This document shows, one piece after another, positions 21,397 through 31,128 of a DNA stretch of 32,000 bases. The stretch is from Wolbachia endosymbiont of Dirofilaria (Dirofilaria) immitis (GTDB lineage Bacteria; Pseudomonadota; Alphaproteobacteria; Rickettsiales; Anaplasmataceae), in NCBI RefSeq assembly GCF_013365455.1, contig NZ_CP046578.1:210001-242000 (forward strand). Direction: 5' to 3'. Below the pieces are notes generated by a model. That model had not been told where the DNA came from. It ran no database searches and saw only the letters and a program-made list of their open reading frames with translations. The translations under genes and the position numbers were made by a program. The stretch's first letter is position 1. The number at the start of each line of letters is the position of its first letter.

Positions 21397-22812
21397 GTGA
21401 AGGAAGATTTGAAAGATAAGATAAAAAAAATAGTAATTTCAGGAAAGGAAGTATGGCCAATCATTGAGGGTGGTAAAGGTATTGCAATTAGTGACGGGAG
21501 ATCAAGTGGGGCATTTGCTGCAGCAGGTGCTGTTGGTACATTTTCTGGTGCAAATGCTAAGCTTATTGATGATAATGGTGAGTTGATACCGCTGATTTAT
21601 AAGGGTAAAACAAGAAATGAAAAACATGAAGAGTTGATTGAATATAGCATTGAAGCTGGAATCAGTCAGGCAAAAATAGCTAATGAAATATCGCAAGGCT
21701 GTGGAAGAATACACATGAATGTGTTGTGGGAGATGGGGGCAGCAGAACGTGTGCTTCATGGGATATTAGAAAAGGCGAGAGGTTTAGTGCATGGTATTAC
21801 CTGCGGTGCTGGTATGCCTTACAGGCTTGGAGAAATTGCAGCTAAATATCAGGTTTATTATTATCCTATTATTTCATCAGTACGTGCTTTTAAAGCATTA
21901 TGGAAGCGCGCTTACCAAAAAGTATCTTCTTTTTTGCTTGGTGGAGTAGTGTATGAGGATCCATGGCTTGCTGGTGGGCATAATGGGCTCAGTAATAGTG
22001 AAGATCCAACGTTGCCACAAGCTCCATTTAAAAGGGTTGCAGAACTTAGATCTTTCATGAGTGAGGTTGGCCTTTCTGAAGCGCCAATTGTTATGGCAGG
22101 AGGGGTGTGGCATTTAAAAGATTGGGAACACTGGTTTGATAATTTGCAAATTGGACCAATAGCTTTTCAGTTTGGTACTCGTCCGCTTTTGACTAAGGAA
22201 AGTCCAATTTCTGTGAAGTGGAAAAATAAATTATTAACTTTAGAAGAGGGTGATGTGGTTTTAAATAAGTTTAGCCCAACAGGATTTTACTCATCTGCAG
22301 TGAAAAATAACTTTATACGTGAATTGCAGGAACGAAACTTACGTCAAGTGAAATTTTCAGAGAATGCCAGCAAAGAATTTAATAGTGAATTTGCAGTTGG
22401 TGCAAGAGGTAGAAAGGTCTATCTAACTGCAGAGGATAAAAGACTGGTAAATACGTGGACTAAAGCAGGGTATACAGAAGTAATGAAAACTCCAGATACA
22501 ACTATTATTTTTGTAACACCAGATAAATTTGCAGAGATAAGGCAGGATCAAATTAATTGTATGGGATGTTTGAGTCATTGTCTGTTTAGTAATTGGAAAG
22601 ATCGTGGTAACCATTCGACAGGTCGGAAGCCAGATCCACGAAGTTTCTGTATACAAAAGACGCTGCAAAGCGTTATGCGTGATGGTGATATTGAAAATGA
22701 ACTTGTGTTTTCTGGGCATAATGTATACAAATTTAAGCAAGATCCATTTTACAAGAATGGTTATATACCAACAGTAAGAGAATTAGTGGAAAGAATGCTA
22801 ACTGGATATTGA
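21397..22812 (+). CDS. nitronate monooxygenase-like NAD(P)H-dependent flavin oxidoreductase
   Basis: 471 aa; TIM-barrel flavoprotein features 'ITCGAGMPYRLGEIAAKY', 'APIVMAGGVW', 'IAFQFGTRPLLT'; start codon read as GTG or TTG-type is possible. Confidence 0.82.
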   Translation: MKEDLKDKIKKIVISGKEVWPIIEGGKGIAISDGRSSGAFAAAGAVGTFSGANAKLIDDNGELIPLIYKGKTRNEKHEELIEYSIEAGISQAKIANEISQGCGRIHMNVLWEMGAAERVLHGILEKARGLVHGITCGAGMPYRLGEIAAKYQVYYYPIISSVRAFKALWKRAYQKVSSFLLGGVVYEDPWLAGGHNGLSNSEDPTLPQAPFKRVAELRSFMSEVGLSEAPIVMAGGVWHLKDWEHWFDNLQIGPIAFQFGTRPLLTKESPISVKWKNKLLTLEEGDVVLNKFSPTGFYSSAVKNNFIRELQERNLRQVKFSENASKEFNSEFAVGARGRKVYLTAEDKRLVNTWTKAGYTEVMKTPDTTIIFVTPDKFAEIRQDQINCMGCLSHCLFSNWKDRGNHSTGRKPDPRSFCIQKTLQSVMRDGDIENELVFSGHNVYKFKQDPFYKNGYIPTVRELVERMLTGY

Positions 22813-24328
22813 ATTATATTCAAGCTGATAAAATAATGTTGATTTATTGAAGTGAGTGCTTATTAATTTAGGGAGGTGCTTGTAGTGGTGAACAACAGTA
22901 CTTTAAAGAGGTGTATATTAACCTATATGAAAAAGTTCAGTAGTAGTGATAGTGTTCAAGAATTTTTGTAATTGTGGCGATGTATAAGACATTATAGATT
23001 AGAATAAATAAGAGGTTTTTAAAGGTTTATGTGAATAATTTACTGTGCAGGTCTAAATTCAATTAATGGGTTCAATATGAAAAACGGAAATGATCAACAT
23101 GACGCTAGGAATAGCAGGTACCTTAAAAGTTTTTGGATTATATATGTGCTCAAATGATAATGGTTTAGGTTTTTGAAGTTTTTTTATTATTATGTATGTT
23201 AATACTTTGCTTGTGTGGTCACATTACTAATGTGATAGATTTGACTATGGTAATAACAACTGTTAAAGCAAAAAGGATAAAAAAATCTGAAAAGACAATA
23301 GAGAGTTATTAGCTTTAGGTACTAGTGGCTGTAGTTGATGTATTGCTTTCTGTGCCTTTGTATGTTGTTTCTGTTCTAATAATCAAGAAGTTAAAAAATC
23401 AGAAAAGATAAATTCACTAATAGTGAACTTTAGGTATTAAAGAATGTAAAAATTGTAATTGCATTATTTTTTAGCAGCTATGATGCCAGGTTAGGCTATT
23501 TAGTTTAACTTCACTAGTGGTTTTACTTTTAAAGTGAACCGAGATAAAGGAATAAAGATATTATAAGAGCGCTAAAGAAGTGATAGAAAGCTATAAAATA
23601 GGGTCTAATTGTGAATTACTCATCCTTATTCTCTTACTATCCCTAAGCTTTTTTCCTGCTGGCAGTAGCTAAATTTCTTCTGGTCAGTTTCTATAATTGT
23701 AATGTAATAGAACAAGGATCTAAAAATTATGGTAAGTAAGCTTATTTTAGGCCTAGAGCTGTATAAACATTTTGATTTTAGTCTACGGAGAGCTGCTATT
23801 TAAGTAGCAGATACTGAGAGATCTAAAAAAAAGAAATGTAGGTTCTAATATTACGTACTGGAGTGCGTGCCGTTTAGTGTGGAAATAAATATTCTTTTAT
23901 AATTGTGTAATAATAAATGTTAAGAAATTTCTTAAAATAGAAAAAGGTAGAAGGAGTCCTATGATAAATGGTTGTTTGCTCTGGTCCTACAGATTAGTAT
24001 TTTATACTATTTTTAATAACTATAGGTATGTTCTCGTCTTGAGAGCTTTAGATCATTTAGTAGGGTTAATAAAAGTACGGGATACATGTGGTGTAAAGAT
24101 TGGATATGAGATACTAGCTGTGCAGTACTTTTATCATTGACCTGTATAGGTTGGAGGTAACTAAATAACTTCAGTATCATGATGAAAGTAGTTAGTAAAG
24201 ATTATTGAGTTGTTTTATAGTCAAGCTTGAATTGCTAAAGGTTATGAAATGTTTGTGAAGTTATTGTGCATGAAAGTTTTATTTACTCTACAACATGCTT
24301 ACTTATAATAATGTTGATGTAGAAATGA

Positions 24329-24877
24329 ATGGAGGAGATATTGAAAAAAAAAGGCTATAATGTTAGAAAATTGAAAGGAAATTTTTTAGAACAAGCAATT
24401 AGAGTAAATCATGCTGGGGAATATGGAGCTGTTTGTATTTATTCTGGTCAAAAATTTATTCTTAAAGGATCTTCTATAATCAGCAAAATAATTGAGATGG
24501 AAGAACAAGAAAAGAAGCATTTTCGCTATTTTAGTGAAAAAATTAAAGAACAAAAAATTCGTCCTACTATTTTATTACCAATTTGGCATGTATTAGGAGT
24601 GTCGCTTGGTGTTGTAACAGCCATTATGGGCAAAAAAGCTGCTATGGCTTGTACTGCTGCAGTTGAGGAAGTGATCGAAGAGCACTACAAAGAGCAAGTT
24701 TTGCATTTAGAAAATGGAGAATTAAAGGAAACTATAAGTAAATTTCGTGATGAAGAGCTAGAACATAGGGATATTGCAATTGAATACAACGCTAAAAACG
24801 CATTTTGTTATAATGTCTTATCTTTATTTATAAAAACAAGTTGTAAAGCTGCTATTTATTTATCTAAGTTAATTTGA
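24329..24877 (+). CDS. coq7: Coq7-type ubiquinone biosynthesis monooxygenase (demethoxyubiquinone hydroxylase)
   Basis: 182 aa; diiron motifs 'RVNHAGEYGAVCIYSGQ', 'MEEQEKKHF', 'AAVEEVIEEHY', 'RDEELEHRDIAIE'. Confidence 0.92.
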   Translation: MEEILKKKGYNVRKLKGNFLEQAIRVNHAGEYGAVCIYSGQKFILKGSSIISKIIEMEEQEKKHFRYFSEKIKEQKIRPTILLPIWHVLGVSLGVVTAIMGKKAAMACTAAVEEVIEEHYKEQVLHLENGELKETISKFRDEELEHRDIAIEYNAKNAFCYNVLSLFIKTSCKAAIYLSKLI

Positions 24878-24967
24878 CTAATTTTCAAGTAAATTTTTGT
24901 TTGCTGGTATAATATAGCAACTGGTGGTATATATTGTATAATGTTTACTCTTAGTAAAAATTAGTCT

Positions 24968-25474
24968 ATGGATTTGAGTAAAATAACTGTAACATCGGAT
25001 ATAGTAAATGTAATAATTGAAATAGGTGCAAACGCTAAACCTGTAAAGTATGAGTTTAATAAGGAAATTGGATTATTACAAGTTGACAGATTTTTATCTA
25101 CTGCAATGTCCTACCCTTGTAATTATGGATTTGTGCCAAATACCTGTGCAGGTGATGGTGATCCTGTAGATGCTTTGGTGTTAACTCAATATCCCTTAGC
25201 ATCTGGTGTTTTAATATCAGTGCGTCTAATAGGTGCTCTGCTTACTAAGGATGAAAAAGGAGAAGATGAGAAAGTGCTAGCTATACCTGTTTCTAGTGTT
25301 GATAGTTATTATGATAATGTGAAAAATTATTCTGATCTACCTAAAAGCCTGCTAGATAAAATTGCTCATTTCTTTTTACATTATAAAGACCTAGAGGAGA
25401 GAAAAACAGTAATAGTTGGAGAATGGGTCGGTATGGAAGAAGCTAAAAAGATCATTGGAAATGCTGTTAGGTAA
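24968..25474 (+). CDS. ppa: inorganic pyrophosphatase
   Basis: 168 aa; 'YPCNYGFVPNTCAGDGDPVDALVLTQYPLASG', 'DEKGEDEKVLAIP'. Confidence 0.97.
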   Translation: MDLSKITVTSDIVNVIIEIGANAKPVKYEFNKEIGLLQVDRFLSTAMSYPCNYGFVPNTCAGDGDPVDALVLTQYPLASGVLISVRLIGALLTKDEKGEDEKVLAIPVSSVDSYYDNVKNYSDLPKSLLDKIAHFFLHYKDLEERKTVIVGEWVGMEEAKKIIGNAVR

Positions 25475-25595
25475 GGCTTTGCTTTTTATATAATTGATTT
25501 TCTGCTGTTAGTGTAAAGTGTTGCTATTTAAAAGCGTTAGACAGGTTGTGAAGTCTTAGTATTATAGTATAGTGTAAACTTGGAGCTTAAGGTTT

Positions 25596-25686
25596 GGAGA
25601 GGTGGCCGAGCGGCTAAAGGCGGCGGTTTGCTAAACCGTTATATGATTAAAAAGTCATATCGAGGGTTCGAATCCCTCTCTCTCCG
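25596..25686 (+). tRNA. tRNA-Ser (anticodon GCT)
   Basis: 91-nt type II tRNA with long variable arm; acceptor GGAGAGG/TCTCTCC, anticodon loop TTGCTAA, T-arm GAGGG-TTCGAAT-CCCTC, discriminator G. Confidence 0.95.
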
Positions 25687-26295
25687 TGTACTATTGACAT
25701 AATAAATAATTGGCTATGTTAATCTATTTTTATCATTATTTGTATGTGGCAGTTAGATTGTATTGTTTGTTAATGGAGAAAAGCTATGGGATTGAGTAAG
25801 TTGGAACTGGAAGGGATAATTAGTTCAGTGAATAGTAAAATTGGATTAAATAGTAGTAATATAATTGGAAAAATATAAAGGCTTGCTTATATATTAAAAA
25901 GCGGGAGAAAGAGTAGTTTGATATGAATCACCTGTTTTGCTGTACAAAATAACTAACTTAATGAATACTATGAGAAAGTTATATTTATACACACGACTAC
26001 TATAGTTGGTGCTACAAATTTAGTAAGAGCTTTATTAGAGGTAGAAGGAGTAGTGTTGATCTAAGGTATGAAAACAGAAGAATTATAATTGTTATACAAG
26101 ATTTTAGAAGAAGAAAACCTAAAGAGAATATGATAATGAGCAGGTTAGAATAATATGGCGTTTAATTTTGCATTATTTGTGTAGGCATTTTATGCAAAGT
26201 AGATATTCTGTACGTCTTAATAACCATTCATCTCTACATGCTTGTTTTTTGTTATAGATTAATTATTTGATTGTAGTATCATTTTAGTTAAACTT

Positions 26296-27453
26296 ATGCT
26301 TAGGATATTTATGAAGTCTGTTTTATGCTTTGCGTTAATATTTGGTGTATTTGGGTTGACAAGCCTATTTGCTGTAGAGCAGCTTGAGGAAAAAAAAGTT
26401 GATGCAGATAGATTAATTAGTCCTATACATGAAGATGTAGGTATAGAAAAGGATCTAAAGCAAGATTTACCAGAGAGCGTGACCCAACAAGGTAACGATC
26501 TAGAATCTTTCGAAAGCGAAGTTGGTGGATTGAGTGTTGAAAAGATACAAAATAACGAAGCTAGAAAAGCGGAGAGTAAAGAAGAGCTACAACGTGATAG
26601 GAATGAGGCTTCTGTAGTTGAAAAGGCTGTGAATGAAGTAGGGGAGAATAATAAAGATTTACAGGATTTTAGCAATAATCTGTTAAGGGAAGATAAAAAT
26701 GAGGTAGCTCTAAATTTACCAAGTGTAGTCGATAGGGAAGTTAACAGAAATTTTATTTTTCCTCCAGGTACTGGTTTAAGTGGAAACGTAACTGATCTAC
26801 AAGTTAATAGAAAAGTTGATGTTGAGAAGAATAAGCGTTTGAAAAATAATATAAATAAGTTATTAGAAGAAAGAAAGTTAGAAGGCCAAGTTAGAAAAGA
26901 GAGAGTGAAAAAATTAGCTGAAGGCTGTAATATAGGAGAACCTATCATTAAAAAGGATGAGAAAGGTGAACGAGAGGAAGAGAGTAGTTTACAAAGGTGG
27001 GCAAGGTTAAACAAAGAACCAGTAAAAGAATGGCATTATAAAAATGCACAAGATAAGTTGATATATAAGCGGCAATATGATACTCTTAATGAGCATCTTC
27101 CAACAACTGTATTTATTGGTGACTATAGTAAGCAGCTTTTTTATTGTATCAAAAAGGGTAACTTGATTTGCTTGAGAGGAATAATAAGTAAATTAGAAAA
27201 GCTTGGATTAACAGTTCAAGAGGTACTGAAGTTTAGAAATAAACTTGGAGATACCCCTTTAATTTATGCAGTTAAGCAAGGTGAGATAGATGTAGTGCGT
27301 TTTCTCTTGTTACAAGGTGCTGATACTAGAGCGGTCAATCATAGTCTCAAATCTTCTATTGATATAGCAATTGAAAAAGAACGGATTGATATGGTAAATG
27401 CAATTGCTGAAATGATGCCGTGTTTTTTGGAACATAAAGAAGTAGACAGTTAA
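26296..27453 (+). CDS. exported ankyrin-repeat-containing protein with Glu/Lys-rich central region
   Basis: 385 aa; signal peptide-like 'MKSVLCFALIFGVFGLTSLFA' (likely start 26311); C-terminal ankyrin-like 'LGDTPLIYAVKQGEIDVVRFLLLQGADTRAVNHSLKSSIDIAIEKERIDMVNAIAEM'. Confidence 0.75.
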   Translation: MLRIFMKSVLCFALIFGVFGLTSLFAVEQLEEKKVDADRLISPIHEDVGIEKDLKQDLPESVTQQGNDLESFESEVGGLSVEKIQNNEARKAESKEELQRDRNEASVVEKAVNEVGENNKDLQDFSNNLLREDKNEVALNLPSVVDREVNRNFIFPPGTGLSGNVTDLQVNRKVDVEKNKRLKNNINKLLEERKLEGQVRKERVKKLAEGCNIGEPIIKKDEKGEREEESSLQRWARLNKEPVKEWHYKNAQDKLIYKRQYDTLNEHLPTTVFIGDYSKQLFYCIKKGNLICLRGIISKLEKLGLTVQEVLKFRNKLGDTPLIYAVKQGEIDVVRFLLLQGADTRAVNHSLKSSIDIAIEKERIDMVNAIAEMMPCFLEHKEVDS

Positions 27454-27499
27454 GAAAGTCTAGAGATATATAATTAGACTATGAAGATAAAGGAAGGTA

Positions 27500-29311
27500 A
27501 TGAATTGGAATGTGATGGTTAGATTGTTGGTATTGATTTTGGCTGGTCATTTGTGTTATGGAAATGAGGGAAACAATAAAAAATATCTGGTCAGTGATTT
27601 TTTGAACGCTTTGCATAAGGTGAAATATCTATCTTATAATAAGGAGAGCTTTGCTAAATTTCTGGTGAAGTGCCACAGAGAAGGTTTACCGGAAGATTTT
27701 GGAAAAGGTTTTGGTTCTGCTTTAAATGGAGCTAATTTTAGTCGATTGTACCTGAATAGATCCGTTTTTGATGGAGTCAGTTTAATTGGTGCTGATTTTT
27801 CTCATGCTGACTTATCAGGTGTATCATTTGTTAATGCTGATTTGCGTGGGGCTAATTTTTCTCATGCTGATTTACGAGGTGTAAGAATAGAAGGTGCAAA
27901 CTTGAGTTTTGCAAAATTTGTTTCTGCAAATTTGACGGATGTTACATTTAGTCAGTCTGATATTAGTTATGCTGAGTTTATTAACTCTGATCTCAAAGGA
28001 GTGAGAATGCACAACATAACTGGATTACATACTAATTTCTCAAATATAAAAATGAATCTTTCTAGCTTATTGGACTCAAATGTTAATTATGTAAACTTTA
28101 GTGATAGTGAAATAGATAATACTGTTGTGCAAAGGAGCAGTCTTGATAACGCGGATTTTTTTGGAATGGATTCATATAAATTAAAAGTGCAATTTTCCTC
28201 ATTGGAGAACGCTAATGTATATGGTGCGGAAATAAAGGAATCAGATTTTACGGGTAGTAATCTTTCTAATGTTTACCTTAATTCTTCTATTATAATCGAT
28301 AGTAACTTTAATATGACTAATTTGAGCAATGCACAAATTTCCTATGTAAGTAGTGATGGTTCGAGTTTTGTCCGATCCATACTGAATGGTTCTAAGATAA
28401 AACATTTGTATGCTTCTGATATTACTCTCTGGGATGCTGATTTATCTAATATTGATTTTAGTTCTAGTGAACTACATCAAGTTAATGTTTCTGATTCTGA
28501 TATTCGTCACGGGAAATTTGATAGTACTAAAGTTGCAAATTCTAACATGAGCGGCTCGTTTTTTGACTATTCATTATTTACCTCTGCAGAGGTAAATAAT
28601 ACAGACCTTTCTGCAGTTTCAATGTACAAGGTTAAAGTACAAGGTTCTCAAATTTATAACAGTAAACTCTCTTTCCATAGCATTGATTCTAGTGAAATAG
28701 AGTACTCAATATTTTTTAATTCAATAGCAGATAGCTCAAGCTGGTTTAATCTGAAAGTAACTAATTCAAATTTTGTTAAGAATAATTTTGAATCTTCTTT
28801 GCTTCGCGATAATGCTTTTAAGAAAACAGGCTTTTTTCTTAGTAATTTTGGTAATTCGACAATTGATAATACATCTTTCCATTCTTCAAGCATATACAAA
28901 GGTTCAGTTACTGATGTTCACTTAGTAGATTGTAATTTTGACCATTCAATTTTAATTGATAACGAAGGGCAGGAAAAGCTTGCAGGTTTAGAAAGTGCTA
29001 TAACCTCGATTAAGGATTTACAAGAAGAGATATTACGGAATAAAAGATTTGATGTAAATTATGCCTACTTTGAGTTCAAAGACATGAATCTAAAGAATGC
29101 TGATTTTTCTGGTTCGATGTTGAGTAGAGCAAAGTTTATAAATGTTAATTTGGATAAGGCAACCCTTGAAAAAACTGATTTACGCTATGCTGTTTTTCAT
29201 AATTCTTCTCTAATTGGTACTAATTTATTGGATTCTAACTTAGATCATTCCAGCTTTTTAAAATCTGATTTGAAGGGTGCTATATTGAGAGGTTCAGAGT
29301 TTAGTAAATGA
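27500..29311 (+). CDS. exported pentapeptide-repeat protein
   Basis: 603 aa; N-terminal signal-like 'MVRLLVLILAGHLCYG'; long runs of A(D/N)(L/F)xx pentapeptides, e.g. 'LIGADFSHADLSGVSFVNADLRGANFSHADLRGV'. Confidence 0.9.
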   Translation: MNWNVMVRLLVLILAGHLCYGNEGNNKKYLVSDFLNALHKVKYLSYNKESFAKFLVKCHREGLPEDFGKGFGSALNGANFSRLYLNRSVFDGVSLIGADFSHADLSGVSFVNADLRGANFSHADLRGVRIEGANLSFAKFVSANLTDVTFSQSDISYAEFINSDLKGVRMHNITGLHTNFSNIKMNLSSLLDSNVNYVNFSDSEIDNTVVQRSSLDNADFFGMDSYKLKVQFSSLENANVYGAEIKESDFTGSNLSNVYLNSSIIIDSNFNMTNLSNAQISYVSSDGSSFVRSILNGSKIKHLYASDITLWDADLSNIDFSSSELHQVNVSDSDIRHGKFDSTKVANSNMSGSFFDYSLFTSAEVNNTDLSAVSMYKVKVQGSQIYNSKLSFHSIDSSEIEYSIFFNSIADSSSWFNLKVTNSNFVKNNFESSLLRDNAFKKTGFFLSNFGNSTIDNTSFHSSSIYKGSVTDVHLVDCNFDHSILIDNEGQEKLAGLESAITSIKDLQEEILRNKRFDVNYAYFEFKDMNLKNADFSGSMLSRAKFINVNLDKATLEKTDLRYAVFHNSSLIGTNLLDSNLDHSSFLKSDLKGAILRGSEFSK

Positions 29312-29357
29312 GGAACTTTATGATATTCTTGTTGAATTTCTTTTTTTTAAAGAAAGA

Positions 29358-29954
29358 ATGACTATAAGAGATGATGGTATATTATTAGTTTTATCTTCTC
29401 CTTCTGGAACTGGAAAAACTACTATACTAGAGAAGTTGCTTGATCAATCAACTAACTTAGTTAGGTCTGTTTCTGTAACTACGCGTAAACCTCGTTCTGG
29501 TGAAATAAATGGAAAAGACTATTTTTTTGTTACGGAGGAGAGGTTTCACGAGTTATGCGAAGCTGGTCAAATGCTTGAATACGCTAAGGTTTTTGAAAAT
29601 TTCTATGGTATACCAAAAGATTTTATAAAGCAAAATCTAAGCAGTGGGGTAAGTGTTTTACTTAGTATAGATTGGCAAGGAGCGTTTCATTTATTTAAAC
29701 TTATGAGAGAAAAAGTTGTGAGCGTTTTTATACTTCCTCCTTCGATGGAAGAGCTTAGGCTGCGTTTGCGAAAACGTAATGCTGATACTATAGATGAAAT
29801 AGAGTATAGACTAGCTGAAGCTCAAAAAGAGATGAGTAAACGAAGTGAATATGATTATATAATAATCAATAATGATATTGATAGAAGTGTGGAAGAGGTA
29901 AATTCTATATTGAAGAAAGAAAAGCTTAGAAGATCGAAAAAGAGGCTAAGCTAG
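29358..29954 (+). CDS. gmk: guanylate kinase
   Basis: 198 aa; P-loop 'SSPSGTGKTTILEKLL', 'SVTTRKPRSGEINGKDYFFV'. Confidence 0.96.
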   Translation: MTIRDDGILLVLSSPSGTGKTTILEKLLDQSTNLVRSVSVTTRKPRSGEINGKDYFFVTEERFHELCEAGQMLEYAKVFENFYGIPKDFIKQNLSSGVSVLLSIDWQGAFHLFKLMREKVVSVFILPPSMEELRLRLRKRNADTIDEIEYRLAEAQKEMSKRSEYDYIIINNDIDRSVEEVNSILKKEKLRRSKKRLS

Positions 29955-29979
29955 CAGGTTTATTAAATATATTTTTTAG

Positions 29980-30363
29980 TTAATCTTCAATGTTATATAT
30001 ATTCTTTTCTTTTTCTAATTTCTCTTGCTCTTCAATACAATATATAGCTAGCGGATTGGCTTTAAGTCTTTCAGCTCCTATTTCTTCTCCTGTTCCTTCA
30101 CAATAGCCGTAGGTACCCAACTTTATTTTTTTTAATGCCTCCTTGATTCTTTCTTTTCTCTCTTTTCTGCGCTTAATTAATTTTTCGTTTCCACTATCTT
30201 CATCAGTATGGTATACACTTTCTTCTAATTCTTGCTTCTCCATTTCAGCAAGCATTGATTGTAACTTTAAACTGAAATATTCCAACTGCTTCACGTTCAT
30301 GTATTCTTCGTCCTCTGAAGGAATATAATCTTCTGGTAATTTTATTTTTGGTAACTCTTTCAT
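29980..30363 (-). CDS. dksA: DksA/TraR-family protein with incomplete zinc finger
   Basis: 127 aa; 'RKERIKEALKKIKLGTYGYCEGTGEEIGAERLKANPLAIYCIEEQEKLEKE' matches the DksA C-terminal domain. Confidence 0.85.
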   Translation of the reverse strand: MKELPKIKLPEDYIPSEDEEYMNVKQLEYFSLKLQSMLAEMEKQELEESVYHTDEDSGNEKLIKRRKERKERIKEALKKIKLGTYGYCEGTGEEIGAERLKANPLAIYCIEEQEKLEKEKNIYNIED

Positions 30364-30469
30364 AATTATATTATTTATTAAATAATAAAATTTGTATAAT
30401 TTATGAATAAGAAATTATACTATCTCAAAGTAAACATCATAATTTATAATAAATATTTAAAAGCCTAAT

Positions 30470-31117
30470 ATGATCAGTTCAATAAAAAAGTTGGTGATAA
30501 GTAATAGTGATTTTATCTATATAATATGTACATTTATTGTTATGTTAAGCTTATCTTCATTTACACTTGGAAATAACAGTGAACAAGAAATCATGTTGGC
30601 ATTAATATGGATATGTGCTACATTTGCTCTGCAAATTTCTACAGGTAATTTATTTGCTTCTGATTACCATGATGGAATATTGGAACAAATTTTCATACAG
30701 CCACTTTCCTCTAAGTTTATCATTGCTTATAAGATTTTTGCTCACTGGATATTGTTTGGGGTACCGATTTCAGTAATTTCCTCCATATTTAATTTTGTAA
30801 TTCTAGATAATGGTATTGAATATTCAATAATAACTGGTTTATCTTTATTACTCAATATGTTAATAGTAATTAACATTTCAGCTACTGGAAGTGCATTAAT
30901 GATTGGTCGAAATAACTTAACATCAGGAATGCCACAAATTCTTGTTTTGCCAGTTATAATGCCAGCTTTTGTGTACTTTAAATTACTGATTCAGTTTGAA
31001 GGTTTATCTTTGAATGCTCATATATTACTTATTACTGCTTTAGTTTTTACCATTCTGTTGGTTAATAGTGCTATAGCTACCCATATGGCATTAAAATTTG
31101 CTGTAGAGCAGGATTAG
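30470..31117 (+). CDS. ccmB: heme exporter protein CcmB
   Basis: 215 aa, six hydrophobic segments; 'LWICATFALQISTGNLFASDYHDGILEQIFIQPLSSKFIIAYKIFAHWILFGVPI', 'LPVIMPAFVYF'. Confidence 0.92.
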   Translation: MISSIKKLVISNSDFIYIICTFIVMLSLSSFTLGNNSEQEIMLALIWICATFALQISTGNLFASDYHDGILEQIFIQPLSSKFIIAYKIFAHWILFGVPISVISSIFNFVILDNGIEYSIITGLSLLLNMLIVINISATGSALMIGRNNLTSGMPQILVLPVIMPAFVYFKLLIQFEGLSLNAHILLITALVFTILLVNSAIATHMALKFAVEQD

Positions 31118-31128
31118 GAAGCTTGTTG

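Noticed and set aside
23280-23440. Imperfect direct repeat (aaaaaatctgaaaaga / aaaaaatcagaaaaga, each followed by tttaggta.ta) in the long spacer
   Set aside because: Short, AT-rich, only two degenerate copies; could arise by chance. No array structure or CRISPR-like spacing.
26259-27014. 251-aa minus-strand ORF
   Set aside because: Fully antisense to the ankyrin protein gene; low-complexity Ser/Leu/Phe-rich translation is the expected mirror of a Glu/Lys-rich coding strand.
27780-27910. DNA-level near-repeats (gctaatttttctcatgctgattta) in the 5' part of the pentapeptide gene
   Set aside because: Expected consequence of the pentapeptide-repeat coding pattern; not an independent repeat element.
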